Virus record (IMG/VR): IMGVR_UViG_2529292726_000018
Location: 1 to 29,089 of that record
DNA: 29,089 bases
Source: a virus
Taxonomy: Duplodnaviria; Heunggongvirae; Uroviricota; Caudoviricetes
Strand: one strand, 5' to 3'
Part shown: positions 10,262 through 19,051 of the stretch, piece by piece
How the letters are laid out: each line of letters starts with the position of its first letter
Numbering within the stretch: position 1 is the first letter of the stretch
Notes under the pieces: model-generated
Seen by the model: the letters and a program-made list of their open reading frames with translations, nothing else
Database searches by the model: none
What the model was told of the DNA's origin: nothing
Position numbers and translations under genes: made by a program

Positions 10262-11377
10262 TTAAATCCCTGCTTTTCTGAATACCTGTGCATCACGCTC
10301 ACGGAGTTGCTTCAGCGTCAGCCATTCGCCTTTATCGGTGTAAAATTCATCTGGCGACATACCGCCATCCCGAATCAGCTTTGCCCGGGTTTCCCCCACA
10401 ATCTGTTTTTGTCTGGTGTAAGGCTGACGCAAAAACCATTCCCTGTAGGTTGTATCTCCGGCCACCACGCCATCCATGCTGGCCCGCTCAGCCGGGGAAA
10501 TATCACGAACATCAATACCCAGTTCCTTCGCTGATTTCAGAATGAACGTTTCCGTTGAGCGGCAGCAGAAATGAATTTTTCCCGGCCCATGCAAATAAGG
10601 CACACTGTGACCTACAGGTTTATTATCCAGCGTATATTTGAGGAGATCCCTGATTCGACATTGTGGCGTAGTACGATTATCAAGCGTTGATAACCATTGC
10701 TTACCCTTAATCAAATCATTATTCGCGCTGGCAAAACTCTCACGGGCAGTAGCAGCAAGATGTCCAACCGCTGTTTTTGCAATGCTGGCCGCATTAGCCC
10801 GGCTCATCTGCAATGCACCATCCTGAAATCCCTTGCTGACATGTCCCCGAATTTTTCTTGCGATCTGCTCATTGGTATCCCCCAGCAAAAAACCCTGACG
10901 CACCGTATTTGTTATGCGTCTGAGCCGATCCGCCTCAAGATCCAAGGCCCACTCACTGAGCAGTCGTCCCTGGAATGGTCGCGCCATTGCAGCGGCGTAA
11001 AGTGCATCAGAAGATATACCAACCAGAGGGTGAACATCAGCAACAAAATCAGGTAGCAGAGAATCAAACAGACTTAACTGATAACCAGCCTCATAAATTG
11101 CCAGCTCGTTCAGCTCTCCGGAGAGACTGGTAAACATGCTGTTAATAGCAGCGCGGTTAACCTCTCTGACACTCGCCAGAAGTGACTCCAGGCGCGTAAC
11201 GGTAAAACTACCAGGATCGAGGCTGTCCAGTGCTACCAGCAGGCGAGCTGTAAGCTCCGCATCGCTGTCATTCAGTATTTTCACCATTCTGGCAGCCACA
11301 CCAGTGCTATAGCGGGATATCCAGACTGCATGAGCAATTGATTCATCACGCAGCCGTTCATTCACGGTTTGCATCAT
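10262..11377 (-). CDS. Head morphogenesis protein (Mu gpF / SPP1 gp7-like)
   Basis: 371 aa; overlaps the portal stop. Contains a conserved-looking block LDNRTTPQCR...LHGPGKIHFCCRS typical of Mu F-like proteins. Confidence 0.65.
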   Translation of the reverse strand: MMQTVNERLRDESIAHAVWISRYSTGVAARMVKILNDSDAELTARLLVALDSLDPGSFTVTRLESLLASVREVNRAAINSMFTSLSGELNELAIYEAGYQLSLFDSLLPDFVADVHPLVGISSDALYAAAMARPFQGRLLSEWALDLEADRLRRITNTVRQGFLLGDTNEQIARKIRGHVSKGFQDGALQMSRANAASIAKTAVGHLAATARESFASANNDLIKGKQWLSTLDNRTTPQCRIRDLLKYTLDNKPVGHSVPYLHGPGKIHFCCRSTETFILKSAKELGIDVRDISPAERASMDGVVAGDTTYREWFLRQPYTRQKQIVGETRAKLIRDGGMSPDEFYTDKGEWLTLKQLRERDAQVFRKAGI

Positions 11378-12764
11378 TGATTTCCATCAGCATTACACTC
11401 TGATTTTTTAATTCATCGATCACTTCCTCTGGACGGGAATCCTGATCGATAAATTTCAACGCCTGCAACACCCGAACCGCATCAATCTGACGTATATCAC
11501 CGCCCTGACGCAATGACTGAACAGCCAGCGCGGAGGATGAGTCAAACACCTGGGCAGATACATCCAGTTCAGTGCGCACATCCACATTGCCACCGCAACT
11601 CTCTCCGCTCCATTCCGCCATTATCTGGAGAATATTATCGAGGGCATCTTCGAGGGAGTTCGCCATTGTATAAAGCGGCGAGTGTTCCTGCATCCGCTCT
11701 TCATTAGTCTGATCAACAGATTTGGTGGATGTATTTTCAGCCCGCAGAAGTTTAGCGCCGGCATGACGCATCTGATTTTCCAGCTTCTCAAGTGATGTTT
11801 CGCCAGATTCTATCGCTGCGCCACTATGTTCAACATATTCGAGGCCATTTTTTGTTCTGTCCTCAAAAATCGTAGCGGTGGATGCACCAACCGTCAGTTC
11901 TTCATTCCTGTCCAGCCCGTAGGCCACCAGCAATGGAACGCGGGCAACATGAAGAATATTGTCCTGCTCGCTCTGGCTTTGCCAGTGCTTGATATTCAGC
12001 AAGCCAAGATTAAGCAATGGCGGTGTACCACGCATAAACCCTGTTTTCTTCGTATACAGTGTTACCAGAGGAATATCATCACGGCTGGTATTCCATGACT
12101 CATGAAGCATCCAGACAGATTCGCCATTAGTACCTTCGCTGCGTCGATAAATTTCTACTCGACGGGGCATAATATGGCGGATCTGCTCCACCTTCTTCTG
12201 CCCGAAATCATCACCATCAATAATGATGACCTCTTTTATACGCAAATCAGTGAGAACAACTTTCCCTTTTTCAACTTTCGATTTCCATCCAATAACCTGG
12301 CGTGGATTCAGCATCGTAACGTACGGGCGACCACCGGCCGCGTTTTCATCGGCTTTTGTCCGAATCTCGTTCATATCCGTTCGTGGATAGTCCACCAGCG
12401 CATGTGCCACACCATACTGAAATGCGAGACTGAAAAATTGCTGCGCCCACACATCCAGTCGGCTCCCCTCCATGTCGATATTTTCTGCATATTCCCTGAT
12501 TTTTTCCGGCGTTTCCTCACTCAATACTGTCGGCTCTGCAAATATGCGCCCAATATTTTGTTTGATGCTTTCTTCATACACAGGAAGTAGCGTAGCCACA
12601 GACAGGCGTTTTTTATAAGCGTCTTCATCTTCATTAGGCCATTTGGGGAGATAATTTTCCCCCTGCCTGCGCATTTCAAGCGTACCGCCCATCAATGCGT
12701 CGTTAATATCCCACGCCTCCAGCATATCGTTATAGTCGAGGTTGGGGGTTGATATATCAGCCAT
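11358..12764 (-). CDS. Portal protein
   Basis: 468 aa, immediately downstream of the large terminase gene (2 nt gap) and overlapping the head morphogenesis gene. Confidence 0.75.
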   Translation of the reverse strand: MADISTPNLDYNDMLEAWDINDALMGGTLEMRRQGENYLPKWPNEDEDAYKKRLSVATLLPVYEESIKQNIGRIFAEPTVLSEETPEKIREYAENIDMEGSRLDVWAQQFFSLAFQYGVAHALVDYPRTDMNEIRTKADENAAGGRPYVTMLNPRQVIGWKSKVEKGKVVLTDLRIKEVIIIDGDDFGQKKVEQIRHIMPRRVEIYRRSEGTNGESVWMLHESWNTSRDDIPLVTLYTKKTGFMRGTPPLLNLGLLNIKHWQSQSEQDNILHVARVPLLVAYGLDRNEELTVGASTATIFEDRTKNGLEYVEHSGAAIESGETSLEKLENQMRHAGAKLLRAENTSTKSVDQTNEERMQEHSPLYTMANSLEDALDNILQIMAEWSGESCGGNVDVRTELDVSAQVFDSSSALAVQSLRQGGDIRQIDAVRVLQALKFIDQDSRPEEVIDELKNQSVMLMEINDANRE

Positions 12765-12766
12765 AA

Positions 12767-14077
12767 TTAAATCCGAAGTGATGTGACTCTTCCGGTCGGT
12801 TTGACAATAGGGAATTGCTTAACGATGAAATAACCTCCGGCATCATTCGGGTGATCATTGCCAGATTTTTTATCAGGCTCCCCCTTATCATCCCAGACCT
12901 GTTGCTCCAGAGATTCGGCATATACCGGACAACGCTTCACATTAACTTTATAGCGACGCTCACCATTGGCATTGCAGAACATTGCATTCATTGAGTTAAC
13001 GCGATCTTTTACTGGCGGGTTCGAGCTGTTCACCACAACGTTAAAACCTGCCTGCTTAAGCTGGGCTATATCCGTCGTACTTGCGTTACTTGATTTTCTG
13101 GAATCTCCGGAAGCATCTGGATAAATATAAATCTCCCTCACTTTCCGGTAATCATGCCCGTCATACGGCCAGAAGCGTTCTTTAATGAGGCGGATCATAT
13201 CCGGCGTATCGTAGGCATTGATGATTTCAGTTACCGCACATGGAAGCCCCAAACGCAGCACATGGACGATTCCCGCCATCTTTCCAACGTTAAAATCCAT
13301 CCCAATATAAATCGGCTCCCCTGGCTGCTCCACTTCTTCGCAATTATTCAGTTTCCGGTCAAACTGATGGTAAACAGTACCACTTGTCAGGTTAGTAAAC
13401 CGTCCTAGAAGATAGGCTTTAATCAACCCTGGAGGGTATGATTCAAGAAGTGAAGGAATGTAATCTGCTGGCAGGTTCTTTTCATTATCGAAAGTAGATG
13501 CCTGCACCAGACCATACAGTGAGGCCAGCTCTGTTTTTTCACGCACGGCTTTAACAAACTGCTCGTAGACAAATTTGAATCCTTCCGGCGTGGTTGTAAC
13601 GTCAATACCGTTGCGAAGTCCATCAATCTTATAACGCATACGCGCAATTATCTTGCGCCACGCCGTTCTGGCTTTTTCCTTCGGCAAAATATCCAGTTCA
13701 TCCACCAGCGCATTACCAATTTTGAAACCGACGATCGTTTGTGGCTTCTCCATCGATCTGCAGATAGTGGTTCCCCGATACTGGCGTCCGTAATAAAAGT
13801 GAACCTCTTTATTTCCCTCATTAATTTTTACGTTCAATCCCCAGTCAGCAGCAACTTCTTCCACTGTAGGGTAAAAAATATCGCGAATTTGGGGATACGT
13901 TGGCGCAAAATATCCCTGATTTATACCTGGATGCTCCCAAATCCCCTTGCATATGCCGCCACACCCAACCCATGTTTTGCCCGAGCCAAAACCAGCAATA
14001 TAGGCTTTAAATTTATGGGGCATTGAAAGAAATCGCGCCTGAGGCACATTAAGCGTCGGAGAGATCATCTTCATCAC
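12767..14077 (-). CDS. Terminase large subunit
   Basis: 436 aa with an N-terminal Walker A motif (AGFGSGKT) and acidic segments consistent with an ATPase plus nuclease. Overlaps the small terminase gene by 29 nt. Confidence 0.85.
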   Translation of the reverse strand: MMKMISPTLNVPQARFLSMPHKFKAYIAGFGSGKTWVGCGGICKGIWEHPGINQGYFAPTYPQIRDIFYPTVEEVAADWGLNVKINEGNKEVHFYYGRQYRGTTICRSMEKPQTIVGFKIGNALVDELDILPKEKARTAWRKIIARMRYKIDGLRNGIDVTTTPEGFKFVYEQFVKAVREKTELASLYGLVQASTFDNEKNLPADYIPSLLESYPPGLIKAYLLGRFTNLTSGTVYHQFDRKLNNCEEVEQPGEPIYIGMDFNVGKMAGIVHVLRLGLPCAVTEIINAYDTPDMIRLIKERFWPYDGHDYRKVREIYIYPDASGDSRKSSNASTTDIAQLKQAGFNVVVNSSNPPVKDRVNSMNAMFCNANGERRYKVNVKRCPVYAESLEQQVWDDKGEPDKKSGNDHPNDAGGYFIVKQFPIVKPTGRVTSLRI

Positions 14078-15143
14078 TCCTTAATCTGGCATCAACCACA
14101 TTAATATTGATCGCCACAGGCTGGGGATGTTCATTATCCTCCACCGTTTCGATCTCTTTGCGCAGCTTCTGGTTTTCTATTCTGCGCCGTTCAATTTCCA
14201 GTTCCTGTAGCCGTTTATCTGCACATAATGCCCCGCCAGCAGAAAGCAAACGCAACAATTCACGCCGGGCGGCAGCCTTATCCTCCAGCAGGATCTCAAC
14301 ACCGTATTTTCCGAGCTTTGACCCTGCATATAATTGCCGCGCATCCCCATCAAGCAGTGTGGTATCAGCCATATAAAGCTGTCCCGTTCCCTCACCGCAG
14401 CACTTCGGGCAATCCGGATTGGGTATGGCGTTATCAACAAAGCCGAGGCCTCCATATTCCGGCTCGGGTTTACCATCTCTGGAGGCCTGTGCCGCAGCCT
14501 TATCGAATTCTGCAATATCACGCCACTGGTAGAGATGATTCTCGCCCCAGCAATAACGGCAGTTAACACGGCGAAATTGTGCCAACTGATTGGGGTCGGC
14601 CTGGACAATGGCCATCAACTGGCTCACCAGTAAATCCAGGTCTGCGGTATAGCGTTTCTGGTACTGATTGCGGAAGTAGCTGATAGCACGATAAACCCTG
14701 GCATTTCTAAGCATACGGCTGGCGTTGCTGTTAGCTGTCGCACCTTGCCCCTCATAACCAGCCAGTCGGTATGCCTCTGTCGGCTTTTTCCCCTGAGCAA
14801 CCAACATGGCGAATTTTGCCTGCTGGTCAGAAATACCGAATTCATCGGGGCAGAACGAAATTTCTTCCGTGTCCCCCTCAATCAGGAGTGCATCGGATAC
14901 AGCCTTTTTTTTCTGAGATTTTCCGTTCTGCCTTTGCGCAGTCTGCGCAGTTTTTTTTCGCGCACTTTTTTGCGCAGTTTTGCGCATTTCTTTCTGCGCA
15001 TTTTTCGGAGTTTTTTTGATGTAACGACGGGCTGTTGCGTAGTTCAGTCCCCTTGCTTCACACCATGCCACCGGAGATATACCGGAGCGGGTGTATTCAG
15101 CAATATACTCCTGCTGCAACGCCCCCCAGTCCGGTCTGCTCAT
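14049..15143 (-). CDS. Terminase small subunit (Terminase_2-like core with N- and C-terminal extensions)
   Basis: 364 aa. Core AKFAMLVAQGKKPTEAYRLAGYEGQGATANSNASRMLRNARV resembles the small-terminase signature. Also has an N-terminal HTH-like segment, a Lys-rich linker and a Cys cluster (CRYCW...CPKCCGEG). Confidence 0.65.
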   Translation of the reverse strand: MSRPDWGALQQEYIAEYTRSGISPVAWCEARGLNYATARRYIKKTPKNAQKEMRKTAQKSARKKTAQTAQRQNGKSQKKKAVSDALLIEGDTEEISFCPDEFGISDQQAKFAMLVAQGKKPTEAYRLAGYEGQGATANSNASRMLRNARVYRAISYFRNQYQKRYTADLDLLVSQLMAIVQADPNQLAQFRRVNCRYCWGENHLYQWRDIAEFDKAAAQASRDGKPEPEYGGLGFVDNAIPNPDCPKCCGEGTGQLYMADTTLLDGDARQLYAGSKLGKYGVEILLEDKAAARRELLRLLSAGGALCADKRLQELEIERRRIENQKLRKEIETVEDNEHPQPVAININVVDARLRSDEDDLSDA

Positions 15144-15146
15144 CAG

Positions 15147-15398
15147 TTAGTCCTGATTTTTATCCACCCTGAGTAGTTCGCGCAGAGCAAAGGCATCCCC
15201 TTTTCTGGCAAGCTTAAACAATGCCGCTCGTAACTCGGCTTCACCTTTCGCTCTGCCCTTACGGATGGCCGCATAAAAATCTGTCATTGCTTCCCGATTT
15301 TCTTTCAGTCGGTTCAGATCAACATCCAGAACGTCAGCGATTTGTTGTGCAGTCATCCGGCACGCTGCCAGAGACTCGACTTTCGAATACGGAATCAT
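15147..15398 (-). CDS. Small hypothetical protein with a possible HTH (83 aa or less)
   Basis: MTAQQIADVLDVD is HTH-like. Overlaps the 3' end of the upstream gene; lies between the GT-A-like gene and the small terminase gene. Start codon uncertain (15398 or 15356). Confidence 0.4.
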   Translation of the reverse strand: MIPYSKVESLAACRMTAQQIADVLDVDLNRLKENREAMTDFYAAIRKGRAKGEAELRAALFKLARKGDAFALRELLRVDKNQD

Positions 15399-16266
15399 TT
15401 GTCACCCCCATTGATATGCAGGGTGTCTTCTTCCTGTATTTTTCGTGAAGGATTTTTACTGCAGCGTTGTTCCAGGTGACCTGATGGTGAATGCGTTTAT
15501 GGCTGGCACCCATCAGTGAGATTTTTACGCACGACGGCGCATACATGACGGAGTAAAAACTTTTAACGTAGGTTCCGGAATCCAGATACAGCTCGGTCAT
15601 TCCGCCGCTGTTTTTCTGCGTCTGTTTCTGCCCTAACTGGACAGCACCGATCGTCATAAACAATTCACCACAGCGACCGAGATTCGTGTACGTATTCACA
15701 TCCTCGTTAATGCGCCCCATGAATGAGAACGGTCGATCAACCGAACAGATAAAGCTGTTCATTGCCTTGCGTTTCACCCACGAAGCATGGCCGCCATTGT
15801 CACCAAGAAAATCCCCGCCCTGCGACATAGCGATGGAAAGCGCGGGTATTGATTCGTAATACGCCAGCATTTCAGAAAGGATCGCATCCAGTTTCCTTAT
15901 CGGGAAATAGGCCTGGTCATAGTTGCGATCCACCCGAAACTGGAACTCGTGATAATCATCATCGAGCTGAATGAAGTATTTACACCCGACCAGTTTTGCC
16001 AGGTCGAAACAGGCATTACGGGCGTAAAAAATTGAGCGGCGGTCACCAAAATTATCGGCTTCGTCAAAACGACTGGCAATATCGGCTTTGGAAAATACCA
16101 GCACCTGTTCACCAAATTCAGCCATGTACTGATGCCGTGTCTTATCTTCATCATCAACAACGATAAAAATTTTCCCGGTATAGCCAGCACGACGCAACGT
16201 CCGGTAAGTCAGAACTTTGTCCGGTCGCCCGTGAGTCAGAATAAAGGCGCAAAAATCATCACGCAT
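15334..16266 (-). CDS. Hypothetical protein with GT-A-like (DxD-type) nucleotide-sugar transferase hallmarks
   Basis: 310 aa. ATG at 16266 preceded by a G-rich SD and coupled to the ParB-like stop (ATGCGTGA overlap). N-terminal AFILTHGRPDKVLTYRTLRRAGYTGKIFIVVDDED and later KYFIQLDDDYHEF look like a GT-A Rossmann start and a DxD motif. Fold assignment is by eye only. Confidence 0.55.
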   Translation of the reverse strand: MRDDFCAFILTHGRPDKVLTYRTLRRAGYTGKIFIVVDDEDKTRHQYMAEFGEQVLVFSKADIASRFDEADNFGDRRSIFYARNACFDLAKLVGCKYFIQLDDDYHEFQFRVDRNYDQAYFPIRKLDAILSEMLAYYESIPALSIAMSQGGDFLGDNGGHASWVKRKAMNSFICSVDRPFSFMGRINEDVNTYTNLGRCGELFMTIGAVQLGQKQTQKNSGGMTELYLDSGTYVKSFYSVMYAPSCVKISLMGASHKRIHHQVTWNNAAVKILHEKYRKKTPCISMGVTNDSVFESRVSGSVPDDCTTNR

Positions 16267-17047
16267 ATTCCCCCTCCCCGCTATGCATGATCGCCACCAT
16301 GCGCTGCGTCATTCGGACAAATCCATTTTCAATAGCCTGCTGATAATCAATGATCACCAGCGCCGACTCCTCGAAAAGGCACTGAATTTCAGCGGGGGCA
16401 TGAGCGTAATAGTCCGCAATTCTGCTGAAATTAAACACCGTGTGACGTTCTGCCGCACACAGGAGGAATTTCTCAATATCAGGATCAAGGGACGCCGAAC
16501 GTATCCGGCTGATCAGCTCCTGAGTTTTCGTATCGTCGTACAGTTCACTGATATCCGGTTTACCGCCCGACGGCTCATAAACAGGCGTATCAATTTTCGT
16601 CGTATACGGCTCCTCCTTATTTCCTGTACCGGGCAAAACATCCGTCAACAGTTCATCAATTTCTGTCGGGCCGAAGCCTGTCAGGGAGACATCAAAATCA
16701 GCATTGATTAGGTCCGACAGCTCCATCCGCAATAGATCTTCATCCCAGCCAGCATTCATCGGTAGGCGATTATCTGCCAGGCGGTACGCCTTTTTCTGCT
16801 CATCCGTCAGGCCAGACAGAACAATGACCGGAACAGAATCCATTTTGAGCATTTCAGCCGCCATAACACGACCGTGACCCGCAATAATTTCGCCCTTTTC
16901 GTCAATCAGCACCGGATTAGTCCAGCCGAATTGCTTAATACTTTCTACCAGTTGTGCCACCTGCTCAGTACTGTGCGTCCTGGCGTTGTGCGCATACGGT
17001 GACAATTCTTGTAATGGGCGATAGACTATCTTTAATTTCTCGCTCAT
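16259..17047 (-). CDS. ParB-like N-terminal domain protein (ParB/Srx superfamily; IbrB-like)
   Basis: 262 aa. ARTHSTEQVAQLVESIKQFGWTNPVLIDEKGEIIAGHGRVMAAEMLKMDSVPVIVL matches the ParB N-domain pattern (GxGR, then hydrophobic VPV). SD (GAGG) before ATG 17047. Confidence 0.8.
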   Translation of the reverse strand: MSEKLKIVYRPLQELSPYAHNARTHSTEQVAQLVESIKQFGWTNPVLIDEKGEIIAGHGRVMAAEMLKMDSVPVIVLSGLTDEQKKAYRLADNRLPMNAGWDEDLLRMELSDLINADFDVSLTGFGPTEIDELLTDVLPGTGNKEEPYTTKIDTPVYEPSGGKPDISELYDDTKTQELISRIRSASLDPDIEKFLLCAAERHTVFNFSRIADYYAHAPAEIQCLFEESALVIIDYQQAIENGFVRMTQRMVAIMHSGEGEYA

Positions 17048-17066
17048 ACAGCCTCGCTTTATGAAT

Positions 17067-17159
17067 AAAAAAGCCCGCTATCGGCCAGTGCGCTGGGTGC
17101 GCGGCGGGTGCTGATAACGAGCTTTGACATTATCGCAGCCCCTCACACTGAAGGGCTGC
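17067..17159 (-). terminator. Pair of hairpins (terminator-like) between the acidic small gene and the ParB-like gene
   Basis: Perfect 7 bp stem GCAGCCC/GGGCTGC at 17135-17159 just after the upstream stop. A second GC stem (CCCGC/GCGGG with an inner CCAG/CTGG) is followed on the minus strand by UUUUUUAUU at 17067-17072. Confidence 0.35.
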
Positions 17160-17170
17160 TGTAATGCCTG

Positions 17171-17470
17171 TTACTCAGTAACAACTGCGCCTTCCGGTAA
17201 TTTCATACCGGCAAATACCGGACAACCAGGATGACAATCATCTTCTGTTGCTTCCAGCATTGACTCACCAAACCACTCCGTCGTGGCGCGACCATCAGCT
17301 GCTTTGTAGTGGATCAAGTACTGGTTTTCGCCATCCGCATACTGCGCGCGGGCTTTAACCTCCCCCCATTCATCACTGATGCGCATCTCCACCAGTTGAG
17401 ACAACTCAAACTTAAACGGAGCAGCATCAGCACCAATTACAATCGGTTTGTTTTTTGTTTTTTCCATCAT
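17171..17470 (-). CDS. Small acidic hypothetical protein (about 99 aa)
   Basis: ATG ATG at 17470/17467 with SD AGGAG. MMEKTKNKPIVIGADAAPFKFELSQLVEMRISDEWGE...; net acidic. Flanked by hairpins on both sides, which suggests an autonomous accessory gene. Confidence 0.55.
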   Translation of the reverse strand: MMEKTKNKPIVIGADAAPFKFELSQLVEMRISDEWGEVKARAQYADGENQYLIHYKAADGRATTEWFGESMLEATEDDCHPGCPVFAGMKLPEGAVVTE

Positions 17471-17605
17471 CGTCTCCTGATATCGAAGCCCGCCGCCGCA
17501 CCGGGCGCTGATCAACATTTGAGTATTCGCAGCGAAAGAAAGAATTTATTTTATTGAGTAGCCACAAACACAGAATTTCGTGCTTTCCAGACGATGGCGC
17601 ATCCT

Positions 17606-17824
17606 TCATTTTTCAGCAAAATATTCTGCTCTTACAGGCGATAAGTTCTGCAGACACTGCCGAACACCGTCAACAATTTCGCAGACCTGAGAAGCCGTAT
17701 CGAAAAGCTGGCGCGCCTTATCCAGGCTAACGCATCCCACCAGGAAAAAAGGCACCAGTATCGCTACCAGTGCCCATTTCGCCGCCGTTCGCGGCATTCT
17801 GTGTGTCCAGTGTTTTCTGCTCAT
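17606..17824 (-). CDS. Small lipoprotein, possible spanin component
   Basis: 72 aa from ATG 17824 (SD AGGTG). Signal peptide with lipobox LVGC (…WALVAILVPFFLVGC). Overlaps the endolysin 3' end, as spanin genes often do. Confidence 0.45.
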   Translation of the reverse strand: MSRKHWTHRMPRTAAKWALVAILVPFFLVGCVSLDKARQLFDTASQVCEIVDGVRQCLQNLSPVRAEYFAEK

Positions 17825-17838
17825 AACACACCTGGTTA

Positions 17839-18222
17839 TCAGCGTTTCAACTGAAAGTGAGGCCCGTCTTTCAGTGTTTTCCAGTCCCCGCCCCATTCGA
17901 TGGCAGTTCCCAGCTCTGCGGCAGCCTTCTTAAATGCCTGCGCGATTTTCTCGTACAGAGGCCAGTCCCATGACACCTGGCTGCCAACCCAGGCAACAAC
18001 ATCCACCGCATCACCGGTCAGGTGGCGGCTGTTCATGGTCTGGCTTTTCCCTTCCGCGACCAGCTGTTTCTGGCGTTCTTTCGTGCGCAGCCCTTCCGTA
18101 ATACCGAAATCAACCTCCGTCAGCTCCAGCGCACGGCGAACGACAGCAACCAGCTGTGGTTTAACGCCCTCCAGATTTTTTTCACTGCGACGGCTGAATC
18201 TGAATTTACCCGACATATTCAC
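17839..18222 (-). CDS. Endolysin, peptidase M15 family (L-alanyl-D-glutamate peptidase, T5-endolysin-like)
   Basis: 127 aa. SEKNLEGVKPQL, RRALEL, SRHLTGDAVD and GGDW parallel the T5 endolysin / VanY-type zinc-peptidase motifs as recalled. Confidence 0.85.
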   Translation of the reverse strand: MNMSGKFRFSRRSEKNLEGVKPQLVAVVRRALELTEVDFGITEGLRTKERQKQLVAEGKSQTMNSRHLTGDAVDVVAWVGSQVSWDWPLYEKIAQAFKKAAAELGTAIEWGGDWKTLKDGPHFQLKR

Positions 18223-18494
18223 CTCAACAATGGAAAGATTTTTGTGACGTTCCCGCGTGCGCGTATCACCAGCACGCAGAACAGCAGGTTAAAAAACACT
18301 TCCAGCCAGCCCGTTGCTAACGGGCGACCACACAGATAGCTGAGGGGCGCAAAGGCATACAGCAGCATCAGCAGCCACGCCAGCCATGACATCAGCGGTT
18401 TATGTCTGGAATCACGGCGACGATAAAAAAAGAGCGTCAGCACGATAACCGTGCATAACGCTACATTCAGCAATCCGGGAAGGTTACTTAACAT
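18219..18494 (-). CDS. Small membrane protein (holin or antiholin-like), 91 aa
   Basis: ATG at 18494 with SD GGAGG. Three predicted transmembrane segments; directly upstream of the endolysin and overlapping its start. Confidence 0.5.
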   Translation of the reverse strand: MLSNLPGLLNVALCTVIVLTLFFYRRRDSRHKPLMSWLAWLLMLLYAFAPLSYLCGRPLATGWLEVFFNLLFCVLVIRARGNVTKIFPLLR

Positions 18495-18876
18495 TGCCGC
18501 CTCCTCCACCCCGCAGACGGGAGAACAGGCCGGACACCAGTGATGCAATATCCTGCTGGTGGATGAACGAGAGAATCTTCACCGACACCACTGACACCAG
18601 CACTGCACACAGTGCGTCGACAGGCGCACCGTCAAACCCTGTATGCTTTACCAGCCAGGATGCCAGAACCTCTGCGCCCAGCACGCCGATAATGAACGAC
18701 ACCAGAAAATGCGCCGCCACACGCCAGGCTGAAAGCGCCTGCGGCATCGTTGCCACAAATAACGCCCCGGCGAACGCACCAAACACAATCCCGAAATCCG
18801 TTCCGGTAAACAGCCCGAATACCGTCGCCCCGCCGAGCGCCACAGCCGTACCGGAACCGGATAAGGGTTCAGACAT
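18484..18876 (-). CDS. Membrane protein (putative holin), 130 aa
   Basis: ATG at 18876 with SD GGGAGG (MSEPLSGSGTAVALGG...). Gly/Ala-rich transmembrane helices; first gene of the lysis cassette. The 186 aa track ORF is an upstream extension. Confidence 0.45.
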   Translation of the reverse strand: MSEPLSGSGTAVALGGATVFGLFTGTDFGIVFGAFAGALFVATMPQALSAWRVAAHFLVSFIIGVLGAEVLASWLVKHTGFDGAPVDALCAVLVSVVSVKILSFIHQQDIASLVSGLFSRLRGGGGGNVK

Positions 18877-18894
18877 GCTTTTTCCTCCCACAAA

Positions 18895-18917
18895 TAAAAA
18901 AGGGCCTCCAGCGGCCC
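18895..18917 (-). terminator. Intrinsic terminator-like hairpin between the AraC-family gene and the lysis cassette
   Basis: Minus-strand RNA forms GGGCC-(6 nt)-GGCCC followed by UUUUUUAUUUG. Further GC-rich hairpins lie at 18965-19020. Confidence 0.5.
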
Positions 18918-19051
18918 GTAAAAACACCCTGTCAAAGGCACCCGCAGATGCCTTTTGTGTGGTGTTATCTGATGTGATGTGCGCCGGGCGCGGCGCGGAT
19001 ATGAAAAAGGCCCGCCGCAGCGAGCCTGTTTTCAATGAGTGCAAAATTCAA

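Noticed and set aside
12102-12590. 162 aa plus-strand ORF inside the portal gene
   Set aside because: Antisense to the portal coding region with no translation signals.
14107-14633. Cluster of overlapping ORFs on both strands over the small terminase gene
   Set aside because: Alternative frames or antisense of the small terminase ORF, with low-complexity Arg/Ser/Pro-rich translations.
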